A stretch of 64,000 nucleotides of DNA. Source: Eubacteriales bacterium. GTDB lineage: Bacteria; Bacillota; Clostridia; Oscillospirales; CAG-272. Below are positions 20,443-29,795 of this stretch, in pieces. Below the pieces are notes generated by a model. The model had not been told where the DNA came from. It saw nothing but the letters and a program-made list of their open reading frames with translations, and did no database searches. The position numbers were made by a program, and so were the translations under genes. Where the stretch lies: positions 18,727 through 82,726 of the forward strand of contig JAZQKI010000023.1 of the NCBI GenBank assembly GCA_045542075.1. Reading direction: 5' to 3'. Numbering within the stretch: the first letter of the stretch is position 1; each line of letters starts with the position of its first letter.

Positions 20443-20964
20443 TTATTTTTGAGCCTTGCTCCTGAATACGAAAAATTTACTGAAATAATAATTTGCAATT
20501 ATCTCGATAACGGAATATATCGCAAGCGCCGCCGTTGTGCCGAGTATTTCTGCCGAAAGCGTTATTCCGAGCAGAGTAAGCTCGCCTGTGATCACAGCCG
20601 CAAACAACAGCTCAAGCAGATACTGAAGCACAAGCGAAAGCAACAGTGTCAGCACTCTGCCCTCAGCAAAAACCAAAAGCTGCTTGCCTGTCGGGACGTC
20701 TTGATCCGCATCGGTAAAAACCCATCTTTTATTGGTATAAAAAGCCACTAACACACCCGAACACCATTTAAGTGTGTTCGCGACAATATTCGCCACGAGA
20801 TATCTTACGCTGTCCTTTCCTTCATCAAGCGCGCCAAACGCGACCTTGCCTATCCAAAGCGTAAGGTAGAACACCGAAAATGATACTATAGTCGTGCATA
20901 CCCCAAAGAAAAGATATTTTATTACAACCTTGTGTTTTTCGTAAAATTCTTTTATTTTTGACAT
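20443..20964 (-). CDS. GtrA-family membrane protein
   Basis: KYLFFGV.TT, AFYTNKRWVF, NYYFSKFFVF; four TM segments. Confidence 0.9.
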   Translation of the reverse strand: MSKIKEFYEKHKVVIKYLFFGVCTTIVSFSVFYLTLWIGKVAFGALDEGKDSVRYLVANIVANTLKWCSGVLVAFYTNKRWVFTDADQDVPTGKQLLVFAEGRVLTLLLSLVLQYLLELLFAAVITGELTLLGITLSAEILGTTAALAIYSVIEIIANYYFSKFFVFRSKAQK

Positions 20965-20976
20965 TCCTCTCTCCAA

Positions 20977-22425
20977 TTATCCGATTTTGAATGTCGTTCC
21001 CTCGCGAGAGTCAATAAGCGTGACGCCTCTATCAAGAAGATGCTGGCGTATGCGGTCTGCCTCGGCGAAGTTTTTATCCTTCTTTGCCTGCTTTCGCTGC
21101 TCAATAAGTGAAAGTATCTCCTGAACAAATGGGTCGCTCTCATCGTATGCGGGCGCCTCTTTCGCCTTTTCCTCCGCCTTTTTCTCGGCGCGGAGCTTGC
21201 TTGCCGCCTCGATAAGTCCGCAGGACAGAACTCTGTCAAAGTCCGCAACCAGCGCGAGCTTTGTCTTTCCGTTGGTCCTGAGCTTGAGCACGTCGTAAAG
21301 CGCGGTGATCGCGAGCGAGGTGTTAAGGTCATTGTCAAGCGCGTCTGTAAATCTCTTTTTGCCTTCCGCAAAAGCTTCTGCGTCAAGCTGACCGTCCTCG
21401 GGGTCAATCTGAGCGAGCCTTGCTATGAGCTTGTTGTAGGAAACAGTTGAATTATCAAGGTTTTCATAGGAGAAAACAAGATTTTTTCTGTAATGCGACT
21501 GCAAGCAGAAGAATCTGTACGCAAGCGGGTCATATCCCTTGGATTCAAGCAAGGACACCGTCAAAAACTCACCCGCGGACTTTGACATCTTGCCCGAGCT
21601 GGTGTTAAGATGATAAACGTGGAACCAATAGTTGCACCACTTGTGTCCCACAAACGACTCGGTCTGCGCTATCTCGTTTGTATGATGAGGGAACTGATTG
21701 TCAATTCCTCCGCAGTGTATATCAAGATATTCGCCAAGATATTTCATACTTATTCCCGAACATTCAATATGCCAGCCGGGATATCCGACTCCCCAGGGGG
21801 AATCCCACTTGAGCTCCTGCGAATCAAACTTGGACTTTGTAAACCAAAGCACGAAGTCTGCCTTGTTTTTCTTGTTTACGTCACCCTCAACGCCCTCACG
21901 GACGCCAACCTCAAGGTCTTCCTCCTCAAAGTCATTGAAAATGTAATACTGCTCGAGCTTTGACGTGTCAAAATACACGTTCCCGCCCGCCACGTAAGCA
22001 TATCCGCGTTCAAGTAGTCCCTCAACAAGCGCAATAAACTCAGAAATACATCCCGTTGCGGGAGCAATTATCCCGGGCTTTTTGATATTCAGCTTTTCGC
22101 AGTCCGCAAAAAACGCGTCGGTGTAATATTTTGCTATTTCAAGCACCGTCTTATGCTCGCGCTTAGCTCCCTTGAGCATCTTGTCCTCGCCCGTATCTCC
22201 GTCGCTGGACAGGTGTCCCACGTCGGTGATATTCATAACGCGGGTAACGTCAAGTCCACTGTACGAAAGATACTTCTCAAGCACATCCTCCATAATGTAG
22301 GTGCGGAGGTTTCCTATGTGCGCGAAATGATAAACGGTAGGTCCGCAGGTATACATGCTGACCTTGCCCTCCTCGCGCGGAATAAATTCTTCTCTTTTTC
22401 TTGTTGCAGAGTTATATAAAATCAT
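20977..22425 (-). CDS. cysS: Cysteine--tRNA ligase
   Basis: CGPTVY..AHIGN, GWHIECS, FPHHTNEIAQ, KMSKS. Confidence 0.98.
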   Translation of the reverse strand: MILYNSATRKREEFIPREEGKVSMYTCGPTVYHFAHIGNLRTYIMEDVLEKYLSYSGLDVTRVMNITDVGHLSSDGDTGEDKMLKGAKREHKTVLEIAKYYTDAFFADCEKLNIKKPGIIAPATGCISEFIALVEGLLERGYAYVAGGNVYFDTSKLEQYYIFNDFEEEDLEVGVREGVEGDVNKKNKADFVLWFTKSKFDSQELKWDSPWGVGYPGWHIECSGISMKYLGEYLDIHCGGIDNQFPHHTNEIAQTESFVGHKWCNYWFHVYHLNTSSGKMSKSAGEFLTVSLLESKGYDPLAYRFFCLQSHYRKNLVFSYENLDNSTVSYNKLIARLAQIDPEDGQLDAEAFAEGKKRFTDALDNDLNTSLAITALYDVLKLRTNGKTKLALVADFDRVLSCGLIEAASKLRAEKKAEEKAKEAPAYDESDPFVQEILSLIEQRKQAKKDKNFAEADRIRQHLLDRGVTLIDSREGTTFKIG

Positions 22426-22437
22426 GATGTTCTCCTA

Positions 22438-23295
22438 TCATCTCTCAATAAGTCTCGCGATCCTCTGTCCGACGAAAAGCACTCTCCGTCCGAACTCCTC
22501 GCGTACGTGGGCATCACTTGGCACGTCCCACGCCCTGACCTCTATATTTATATATCCGTTATACTCTATCCTTGCGAGCAAATCTGCCACAGCATCCCAA
22601 TCAATTTTGCCGTCAAATGGCATCAGGTGCGAGTCGGTATAGCCGTTATTGTCATGCGCGTGGACTGTCAAAAGCCTGTTTTTAAGGCAAAGAACGTCCT
22701 CTGTGGGTCTGCCAGAGATATTTGCGTGTCCAAAGTCCCAGCACACTCCAACGTCAAGCGCATCGGCAAGCGACAGGATCTCCGCCGCGGTACAACCGAA
22801 AAGGTGGTCGCCGTCTCCCTCGCAGGAGCTTGCCATGTTTTCAATACAGAGCTTCACGCCCTTCTCCCTCGCATACTCACAAATGGGAGTCAGAAATTCC
22901 ATATTCGCTCTTGCCCAGACATTTGCGCCAAATCTTTTCTCGTGAAGCGCGATGGGGTGTATGACCGCGAGCGGTATGCACATTTTTGCCGCCGCGTCTA
23001 TCCCCGCCCGTACGTCACGACTGTATCTTTCCATAGCGGAAGCTTCCATTGGATCGGGCATGTAAAACGGCAAATGGCAGGACGGAATATCAAGATTTTT
23101 CCGCTGTGCCTTCTGTCTTGCCGCATAAAGCACGGTCTTGTACGAGTCGTCGGATGCGCTGAGGCTGTCAAACGACATATCCACACCGTCAAAGCCAATA
23201 TCCGACATATAATCTATCATCCCTGTTACCGAAAATCTTCCGTTCGGATGAGCCGAATATATACGCGACGGCGCACAAACTCTGATTTTTGACAT
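22438..23295 (-). CDS. Sugar phosphate isomerase/epimerase (xylose isomerase-like TIM barrel)
   Basis: CIENM, CWDFGHAN, HAHDNNG..DSHL.PFDG.IDW, NIEV. Confidence 0.88.
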   Translation of the reverse strand: MSKIRVCAPSRIYSAHPNGRFSVTGMIDYMSDIGFDGVDMSFDSLSASDDSYKTVLYAARQKAQRKNLDIPSCHLPFYMPDPMEASAMERYSRDVRAGIDAAAKMCIPLAVIHPIALHEKRFGANVWARANMEFLTPICEYAREKGVKLCIENMASSCEGDGDHLFGCTAAEILSLADALDVGVCWDFGHANISGRPTEDVLCLKNRLLTVHAHDNNGYTDSHLMPFDGKIDWDAVADLLARIEYNGYINIEVRAWDVPSDAHVREEFGRRVLFVGQRIARLIER

Positions 23296-23542
23296 GATAT
23301 TCCTCCTTTTCTCGGTTTGCTTTTGCCGTTTTGCGGGCTTACGCATATCCAAAGCCCCGCAAACTGCTCATAGCTGGTTTAATTATATCAAAAAATCCAG
23401 CCCTTGTCAATGATTTTCTTCAAGTTTTGGGGTACAAGAAAAGGCTGCTGCGATTTACCCTGCTAAAGCGTTAAAAAGTGCATAAAAAACCTTTCACGCT
23501 ATGATTTTTTATGTGAAAATATACAAACTTTTATTTTATTTC

Positions 23543-23571
23543 TTGACTGCTATGCGCTTTTGATATATAAT
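23543..23571 (+). promoter_or_regulatory. SigA-type promoter of serC-serA-nagB
   Basis: TTGACT-17-TATAAT. A short leader hairpin GTCTT.CGCC-TC-GGCG.AAGAC follows. Confidence 0.7.
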
Positions 23572-23639
23572 GGGTAGTAAATAAATGTCTTACGCCTCGG
23601 CGCAAGACGGCAGATATTTTTCCCCGCGGAGGTTTTGTT

Positions 23640-24734
23640 ATGAACAGAGTTTACAATTTTTCGGCAGGTCCCTCAATGCTCCCCGTCCCCGTCCTTGAGC
23701 GCGCACAGAATGAGCTGTTGTGTTATGGCGACTCGGGTATGTCGGTGATGGAAATGAGTCACCGTTCTCCCGATTACGAAAAAATCATTGCAAAGGCTGA
23801 GGCAGACCTCCGAGCACTTATGAGCATTCCCGACAATTACAAGGTTTTGTTCCTTCAGGGCGGCGCTTCAACTCAATTTTCGGCAATCCCGCTCAATCTT
23901 ATAAATCTCAAACCCGCAAAAAAGGCGCTTTACGCGGTTTCGGGTCAGTTCTCAGGCAAGGCATACAAGGAAGCTCAGAAAATGGGCTTTAACGCAAAAT
24001 GCATAGCCACCACAAAGGATGATAACTTCAACCACACTCCCGTCATTACAAAGGATATGGTGGATCAGGACGCGTCTTATCTGCATATCTGCTTTAATAA
24101 CACCATTTACGGCACAAAGTACCCCGAGATCCCCGACACGGGCGACGTGCCGCTCGTTGCGGATCTTTCCTCCTGCATAATTTCCGAGCCTGTTGACGTA
24201 TCCAGATTCGGAGTCATTTACGCAGGCGCGCAGAAGAATATGGCTCCCGCGGGTCTTACTCTCGTCATAGTCCGCGAGGATCTTCTCGGATACGCCGACG
24301 AGTCTGTTCCCACCATGCTTGACTGGAAGGTCATGGCAGATAACGGCTCTATGTACAACACTCCCCCGTGCTACGCTATCTATATGGCAGGACTTGTGTA
24401 CGATTGGATAAACTCCATCGGCGGTCTTGACGTTATGAAAGAAATGAACGTCAGAAAGGCAAAGCTGCTTTACGATTATCTTGACAGTCAGTCCTATTAC
24501 GTCGCGCCCGTTATAACCGAGTCACGCTCGCTTATGAACGTCACGTTTGTCACAGGAGACGCAGAGCTTGACAAGAAGTTCGCGTCCGAAGCTTCTGCGG
24601 CAGGGCTTAAAAATCTCAAGGGACACCGCTCGGTAGGCGGCATGAGAGCATCTATATACAACGCCATGCCCTACGAAGGCGTAGTTGCCCTCGTTGAATT
24701 CATGAAGAAATTTGCCGAGGAAAACAAGAAATAA
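23640..24734 (+). CDS. serC: Phosphoserine aminotransferase
   Basis: YNFSAGPS, EMSHRS, AGAQKN (PLP Lys), YNTPP, KGHRSVGGMRASIYNAMP. Confidence 0.98.
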   Translation: MNRVYNFSAGPSMLPVPVLERAQNELLCYGDSGMSVMEMSHRSPDYEKIIAKAEADLRALMSIPDNYKVLFLQGGASTQFSAIPLNLINLKPAKKALYAVSGQFSGKAYKEAQKMGFNAKCIATTKDDNFNHTPVITKDMVDQDASYLHICFNNTIYGTKYPEIPDTGDVPLVADLSSCIISEPVDVSRFGVIYAGAQKNMAPAGLTLVIVREDLLGYADESVPTMLDWKVMADNGSMYNTPPCYAIYMAGLVYDWINSIGGLDVMKEMNVRKAKLLYDYLDSQSYYVAPVITESRSLMNVTFVTGDAELDKKFASEASAAGLKNLKGHRSVGGMRASIYNAMPYEGVVALVEFMKKFAEENKK

Positions 24735-24791
24735 GCGCAGAATCAGCCTTTCCCCGTGGGGAAGCCTATAATCACGAAAGGAAACACCGCT

Positions 24792-25943
24792 ATGAACATC
24801 AAGCTTCTGAATAAAATCGCAAAGGTCGGCACAAGCAGACTTCCCGCCGACAAATACAATATAGGCGAAGGTGTTGAAGCCCCCGTGGGTATTATGGTAC
24901 GCTCGGCGGCTATGCACGACTATGAATTTAATCCCGAGCTGCTCGCGATAGCAAGAGCGGGCGCGGGCGTAAATAACATCCCCCTTGACAGGTGCACAAA
25001 CAACGGCATCGTGGTATTTAACACACCCGGTGCGAACGCAAACGGAGTCAAGGAGCTGGTTATCTGCGGTCTTATGCTCGCGGCTCGTGACGTTGCGGGC
25101 GGAATTGAATGGGCAAAGACATTGACCGCCGACGTCGCAAAGACGGTCGAGAAGGGCAAGAGTCAGTTTGCGGGCACGGAGGTGCTTGGCAAAACCCTCG
25201 GAATTATCGGTCTCGGCGCGATTGGCGGACTTGTGGCTAACACCGCCGTCCATCTCGGCATGGACGTTGTCGGATGCGATCCCTACCTCTCGGTCGAGGG
25301 TGCGTGGAATCTGAACCACCACGTCCGCAAAGGCGCAACGTATGAGACAATTTACACCGAGTCGGACTTTATAACCCTTCACGTTCCCTCCACCCCTCAG
25401 ACAAAGGGAATGATAAACAAGGAAACCATCGCGCTTATGAAGGATGGTGTAAAGATCCTTAATTTCGCGCGTGCGGATCTCGTAAATGCTGACGATCTGA
25501 AGGGGGCGCTCGCAAGCGGCAAGGTCTCCGCGTACGTCACCGACTTCCCCACCGAGGACGTCCTTGGCGTTAAGGGTGTTGTTGCTATTCCCCACCTCGG
25601 CGCGTCAACCGAGGAGTCCGAGGACAACTGCGCAGTTATGGCGGCTCTCCAGCTTGACGATTATCTTACAAACGGAAACATCAAAAACAGCGTCAATTTC
25701 CCTGCAGTCTCAATGCCCCGAAGCACAGACTACCGCATCTGTGTGCTCCACAAGAACATTCCCGCAATGCTCTCGACCATCACCGCCGCTTTCTCGGAGT
25801 GTAAGATAAATATTGAAAATATGACCAACAAGTCTCGAGGAGACGCAGCATATACTATTCTTGACATCGTCGGCTGCGCAAGCGACGATATTATCGCAAA
25901 GCTTAACTCTACCGAAGGAATCATTCGAGTAAGAGTAATCTGA
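24792..25943 (+). CDS. serA: D-3-phosphoglycerate dehydrogenase with ACT domain
   Basis: ARAGAGVNNIP, GLGAIG, NFAR, PHLGASTEESE, C-terminal ACT (HKNIP..L); follows serC. Confidence 0.95.
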   Translation: MNIKLLNKIAKVGTSRLPADKYNIGEGVEAPVGIMVRSAAMHDYEFNPELLAIARAGAGVNNIPLDRCTNNGIVVFNTPGANANGVKELVICGLMLAARDVAGGIEWAKTLTADVAKTVEKGKSQFAGTEVLGKTLGIIGLGAIGGLVANTAVHLGMDVVGCDPYLSVEGAWNLNHHVRKGATYETIYTESDFITLHVPSTPQTKGMINKETIALMKDGVKILNFARADLVNADDLKGALASGKVSAYVTDFPTEDVLGVKGVVAIPHLGASTEESEDNCAVMAALQLDDYLTNGNIKNSVNFPAVSMPRSTDYRICVLHKNIPAMLSTITAAFSECKINIENMTNKSRGDAAYTILDIVGCASDDIIAKLNSTEGIIRVRVI

Positions 25944-25960
25944 TTTTTTGTGAGGTAAAT

Positions 25961-26689
25961 ATGAAGGTTATCGTAGTAAAGAACTACACCGAAATGTCGA
26001 AGAAGGCGGCAGAAATGCTTGCCTCAGTTATCAAAAACAAGCCTGATTGCGTGCTTGGACTCGCAACGGGCAGCACCCCCGAGGGACTGTATGCAAATCT
26101 CGTGGAGCTTTACAAAAACGGCGTGCTTGATTTTTCAAAAGTAAGCTCGGTAAATCTTGACGAATACTATCCGATCTCCCCCGACAATGACCAGAGCTAT
26201 CGCTATTTTATGAATTATCACTTGTTTGATCACGTCAATATTGATAAAAAGAACACTCACGTCCCCAATGGAATGGCAGACGACGCAGAAGCAGCCTGCA
26301 AGGCTCATGAGGACACGATAGATAGGCTCGGCGGAATGGATATCCAGGTGCTCGGCATCGGTCAGAACGGACATATCGGCTTTAACGAGCCGACAGATAA
26401 CCCCGTCCCCTTCACTCACGTGGAAAAGCTGACGGAAAGCACCATAAAGGCAAACGCGAGATTTTTCGAGTCCGAGGCCGACGTTCCCACGCACTCTCTG
26501 ACGATGGGAATACAGAGCATACTCAAGGCTCGCAGCATAGTGGTTCTTGCCTCGGGAAGCTCCAAGGCAAAAGCCATACACGCGATGCTTATGGAGGATC
26601 CCTCTCCCCGTTGCCCCGCGTCTCTCCTTCACTCGCACCCCGACGTGACAGTCATCTGCGACGAGGATGCGTATAGTCTCTGTAAATGA
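25961..26689 (+). CDS. nagB: Glucosamine-6-phosphate deaminase
   Basis: LGLATGSTP, NLDEY, LGIGQNGHIGFNEP, TMGI, PAS.L. Confidence 0.97.
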   Translation: MKVIVVKNYTEMSKKAAEMLASVIKNKPDCVLGLATGSTPEGLYANLVELYKNGVLDFSKVSSVNLDEYYPISPDNDQSYRYFMNYHLFDHVNIDKKNTHVPNGMADDAEAACKAHEDTIDRLGGMDIQVLGIGQNGHIGFNEPTDNPVPFTHVEKLTESTIKANARFFESEADVPTHSLTMGIQSILKARSIVVLASGSSKAKAIHAMLMEDPSPRCPASLLHSHPDVTVICDEDAYSLCK

Positions 26690-26694
26690 TATTG

Positions 26695-26726
26695 AAAACG
26701 GCATTTGCGCTTGCAATTGCCGTTTT
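26695..26726 (+). terminator. Terminator after nagB (near-identical to 28872-28903)
   Basis: AAAACGGCATTTGC-GCTT-GCAATTGCCGTTTT. Confidence 0.8.
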
Positions 26727-26780
26727 TTGTTCGCCCACGGGATAGCCTTTCCCCACTAAACAATCAAATTCTTTTGAATA

Positions 26781-26809
26781 TTGACACATCTCTCGAAAAG
26801 TGCTATAAT
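26781..26809 (+). promoter_or_regulatory. SigA-type promoter of ktrBA
   Basis: TTGACA-17-TATAAT with TG extension. Confidence 0.8.
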
Positions 26810-26841
26810 ATACCTATAAATTTTCAAAGGAGGGCTTGAAT

Positions 26842-28203
26842 ATGAAGACGAGAGGCAAATTTTCTCTGTCAACGGCGCAGATAATTCTGTTCAGCTTTAT
26901 TATTGCCGTCCTTGTTGGAAGTCTTCTGCTGTGGCTGCCGATAAGCTCGGCTGACGGCAAGAGCGTGCCTTATATAGATGCCCTATTCACCGCCACCACG
27001 GCAACCTGCGTAACGGGGCTTGTCACTCTGCCAACCGTCAGCACCTGGAGTGTTTTCGGTCAGATAGTAATTCTCTTACTGATACAGATAGGCGGTCTTG
27101 GAGTCATAACCGTTATGTCGGGCTTTATGCTTGCCCTTCATCGCAAGATGGGGCTTGGCGACAGGCTTCTCATTCAGGACGCGTTCAACCTGAACACGCT
27201 CTCCGGCCTTACATCGTTTATAAAAAAGGTCATAATCGGCACGTTTATCGTCGAGGGCGTTGGCGCCCTGCTTTATATGACAGTATTTATACCCGACTTC
27301 GGCGCAAAGGGTATCTGGATATCAATTTTCAATTCCGTTTCCGCCTTCTGCAACGCGGGAATCGATATAATAGCAACGGACAGCCTCTGCTCCTACGCCA
27401 CCAATCCCATAACAAACATAGTCACTTGCTTGCTTATAGTTCTCGGCGGTATAGGCTATATCGTGTGGTGGGATCTCGCGAGAGTGCTTCCCGAGTTCAG
27501 AAAAAAAGGTCTCAAATTCCTGCGCTCGCTCACGCTGCACAGCAAGATCGCAATATGCGCGACCTTGATTCTGATATTTGCGGGCGGAGCGTTGATATTT
27601 GCCTTTGAATACAATAACCCCGCAACCATCGGGGATATGTCTTTGTTTGATAAGATACAGATCAGCCTTTTCCAATCCGTTACTACGAGGACCGCAGGCT
27701 TTGCGTCCCTTCCGCAGGAAAATCTGACCAACGCCTCGTCAATTGTTTGCCTTGTGCTTATGTTTATAGGCGGATCTCCCGTGGGAACCGCGGGCGGTAT
27801 AAAGACCGTCACCGTCGCCGTACTTTTCGCCTCTGCATACTCAACGGTTCTCGGCAAGGAGGAGGTATCTCTCTTCGGACGGAATATCTCACGAGAGGCT
27901 TTAAGAAAATCCGTCGCTGTCCTTGGCGCATCGTTTTCAATAATGCTTATCGCGACCCTTGCCCTGTCGGCTTGCACGGATGCCTCGGTAATAGACGTTC
28001 TTTATGAAACTGTAAGCGCTACGGCAACCGTCGGACTTACCCGAGGAATAACCTCAACTCTCAACGTTGCAGGTAAGATGATAATTATTTTTACTATGTA
28101 TCTCGGACGTGTGGGCCCTATATCTCTCGCGTTTGCGTTAAATGTTAAGAAAAGAAGCCAGAACATAATAAAAAATCCCTCTGAGGACATCAGCGTGGGA
28201 TAA
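26842..28203 (+). CDS. ktrB: Ktr/Trk potassium uptake membrane subunit
   Basis: ATCVTGL, SAFCNAG, TTRTAGF, MFIGGSP.GTAGGIK, SATATVGL, MYLGRVGP. Confidence 0.93.
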   Translation: MKTRGKFSLSTAQIILFSFIIAVLVGSLLLWLPISSADGKSVPYIDALFTATTATCVTGLVTLPTVSTWSVFGQIVILLLIQIGGLGVITVMSGFMLALHRKMGLGDRLLIQDAFNLNTLSGLTSFIKKVIIGTFIVEGVGALLYMTVFIPDFGAKGIWISIFNSVSAFCNAGIDIIATDSLCSYATNPITNIVTCLLIVLGGIGYIVWWDLARVLPEFRKKGLKFLRSLTLHSKIAICATLILIFAGGALIFAFEYNNPATIGDMSLFDKIQISLFQSVTTRTAGFASLPQENLTNASSIVCLVLMFIGGSPVGTAGGIKTVTVAVLFASAYSTVLGKEEVSLFGRNISREALRKSVAVLGASFSIMLIATLALSACTDASVIDVLYETVSATATVGLTRGITSTLNVAGKMIIIFTMYLGRVGPISLAFALNVKKRSQNIIKNPSEDISVG

Positions 28204-28218
28204 AGAAAGGATGTTTTT

Positions 28219-28869
28219 ATGAGTATAAATCAGACTTATGCAGTATTTGGTCTTGGCAGGTACGGCTTGGCCGTTGCCAAGGAGCTTGTAGGCAGCGGCG
28301 CAGAGGTGCTTGCTGTCGATATTGATGAGAGCATAGTCAATATAGCGGCAGCGCAGATCCCCGTCTGCAAATGCGCCGACGTCACTGACCCCGAGGTGCT
28401 TTCCCGCCTTGGAATAGGAAATGTGGACACCATCATTATCGCTATGGCGGAAAATCTTGAGGCAAGCGTGCTCACGACCATGCTTTGTAAGGAGGCAGGA
28501 GTTAAGACCGTTATCGCCAAGTGCGCCAACGAAACGCACAAAAAGATCCTTTTGCGCGTGGGTGCGGATAAGGTCGTATTCCCCGAGAGCGAGTCGGGAG
28601 CAAGACTTGCGAAGAACCTGCTCTCGTCCGGCTTTGTCGATATGATAGAGCTTGCGAGAAACGTGTCCATGATAGAGCTTGACGTCAAGGAAGAATGGGT
28701 GGGTAAAAATCTGCTTGAGCTTAACCTCAGAAAGAAATATTCTATAAACATCGTAGCGATCCGCTCGCGTGACAGCGTGCGCATCGAGATAAATCCCGAA
28801 ATTCCCCTTGAGGCAGACGAAAAGCTTATCGTTATCGCGAACACGTCAAAGCTGAGTAAGTTGAAGTAA
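28219..28869 (+). CDS. ktrA: Ktr/Trk potassium uptake RCK subunit
   Basis: AVFGLGRYG Rossmann motif, GADKVVFPE.ESG, TrkA-C domain. Confidence 0.93.
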   Translation: MSINQTYAVFGLGRYGLAVAKELVGSGAEVLAVDIDESIVNIAAAQIPVCKCADVTDPEVLSRLGIGNVDTIIIAMAENLEASVLTTMLCKEAGVKTVIAKCANETHKKILLRVGADKVVFPESESGARLAKNLLSSGFVDMIELARNVSMIELDVKEEWVGKNLLELNLRKKYSINIVAIRSRDSVRIEINPEIPLEADEKLIVIANTSKLSKLK

Positions 28870-28871
28870 TA

Positions 28872-28903
28872 AAAACGGCATTTGCTTTTGCAAATGCCGT
28901 TTT
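28872..28903. terminator. Bidirectional terminator between ktrA and the thioesterase gene
   Basis: AAAACGGCATTTGC-TTTT-GCAAATGCCGTTTT perfect hairpin. Confidence 0.85.
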
Positions 28904-29633
28904 ATATTTTTGAAAGCTTAACAATCGCCTCAAGGCATGTCTCGCCTGCAGAATTTGTTGTCTTAAGCTCAAAAAATCCGTCCTCGCGCAGACCTCTGTT
29001 GACCGTCAATGTAGCGCCAAGCGGCGCTTCCTTGAGATATGACAGCGACATTTCCGACACATATTTTTCCTGCATGTCGGGCAAAAAGTCGCAAAGCATA
29101 TCGGGGTAATTTGTGTTATTCATGTGCATATTGTAGTCTATGTCCGAGTAGAAAATTGTCCTCTCTCCGACTTTTTCAAGCACCTCGCCCTTGCCTATTC
29201 TCGCTCTCGGGGGCAAAATCGCCGCATCTATCGGCTCGTCGTAGGGGAAATTATCCCTTTGCAGGCGGTCCGCCTTTACGAGAGCCTTATTGTGTATATC
29301 AACAAGCGCCCACGTGCTTGAGGCACGCGCCACTATCTCGCCGTCAGCTCTCATCTCAAAAAATCTCAAAAACGAGTAGCCCTTTGCCTCCTTGCACCAC
29401 GTGCTGACCTCTATTTTCTTATATGCGGTCACAGGTTTTATTATCTTCATTGAAAGCTGGCTCAGAATAAATCCGACGCCCTCTTTGTCTCTCAGCTCGT
29501 CGAGCGGCATGCCAAACTCCGCGCACTGAATATTTGCAGTTTCCTGAAAATACATAAGTATCTTGCTCGTCCGCAGAACTCTGTTTGAGTCCGTGTCGTG
29601 CCATTTTGTCGTATATGTATGCGTAAATTTCAT
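28902..29633 (-). CDS. Acyl-ACP thioesterase (FatA/B-like double hotdog)
   Basis: YFQETA, ASSTWALVD, YSDIDYNMHMNNTNY, YLKEA. Start codon uncertain. Confidence 0.9.
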   Translation of the reverse strand: MKFTHTYTTKWHDTDSNRVLRTSKILMYFQETANIQCAEFGMPLDELRDKEGVGFILSQLSMKIIKPVTAYKKIEVSTWCKEAKGYSFLRFFEMRADGEIVARASSTWALVDIHNKALVKADRLQRDNFPYDEPIDAAILPPRARIGKGEVLEKVGERTIFYSDIDYNMHMNNTNYPDMLCDFLPDMQEKYVSEMSLSYLKEAPLGATLTVNRGLREDGFFELKTTNSAGETCLEAIVKLSKI

Positions 29634-29732
29634 AATTTCTCGGAAAGCTTTTTCAAGCCATTCCACACCTCATCAAAATGTTTTCCTTCCCGTCTATCCG
29701 ATTATAAACGGAACCTATGCCCTTTTATTCGG

Positions 29733-29788
29733 GAAGGTTTTTAGAAGGGGTGTGGGGAAACCTTTTCTCGAAAAAGGTTTCCCCACAT
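29733..29788 (-). repeat. REP-like family A, copy 4 (downstream of fba)
   Basis: The reverse complement reads TGTGGGGAAACCTTTTTCGAGAAAAGGTTTCCCCACACCCCTTCTAAAAACCTT. Confidence 0.8.
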
Positions 29789-29795
29789 ATTCCCA

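Noticed and set aside
22426-23639. T-box leader for cysS or serC
   Set aside because: cysS starts 12 bp after the upstream gene, and no T-box antiterminator motif (TGGNACC) with a terminator is seen before either unit.
26727-26841. c-di-AMP riboswitch before ktrB
   Set aside because: The promoter lies only about 30 nt from the start codon, leaving no room, and no matching motif is present.
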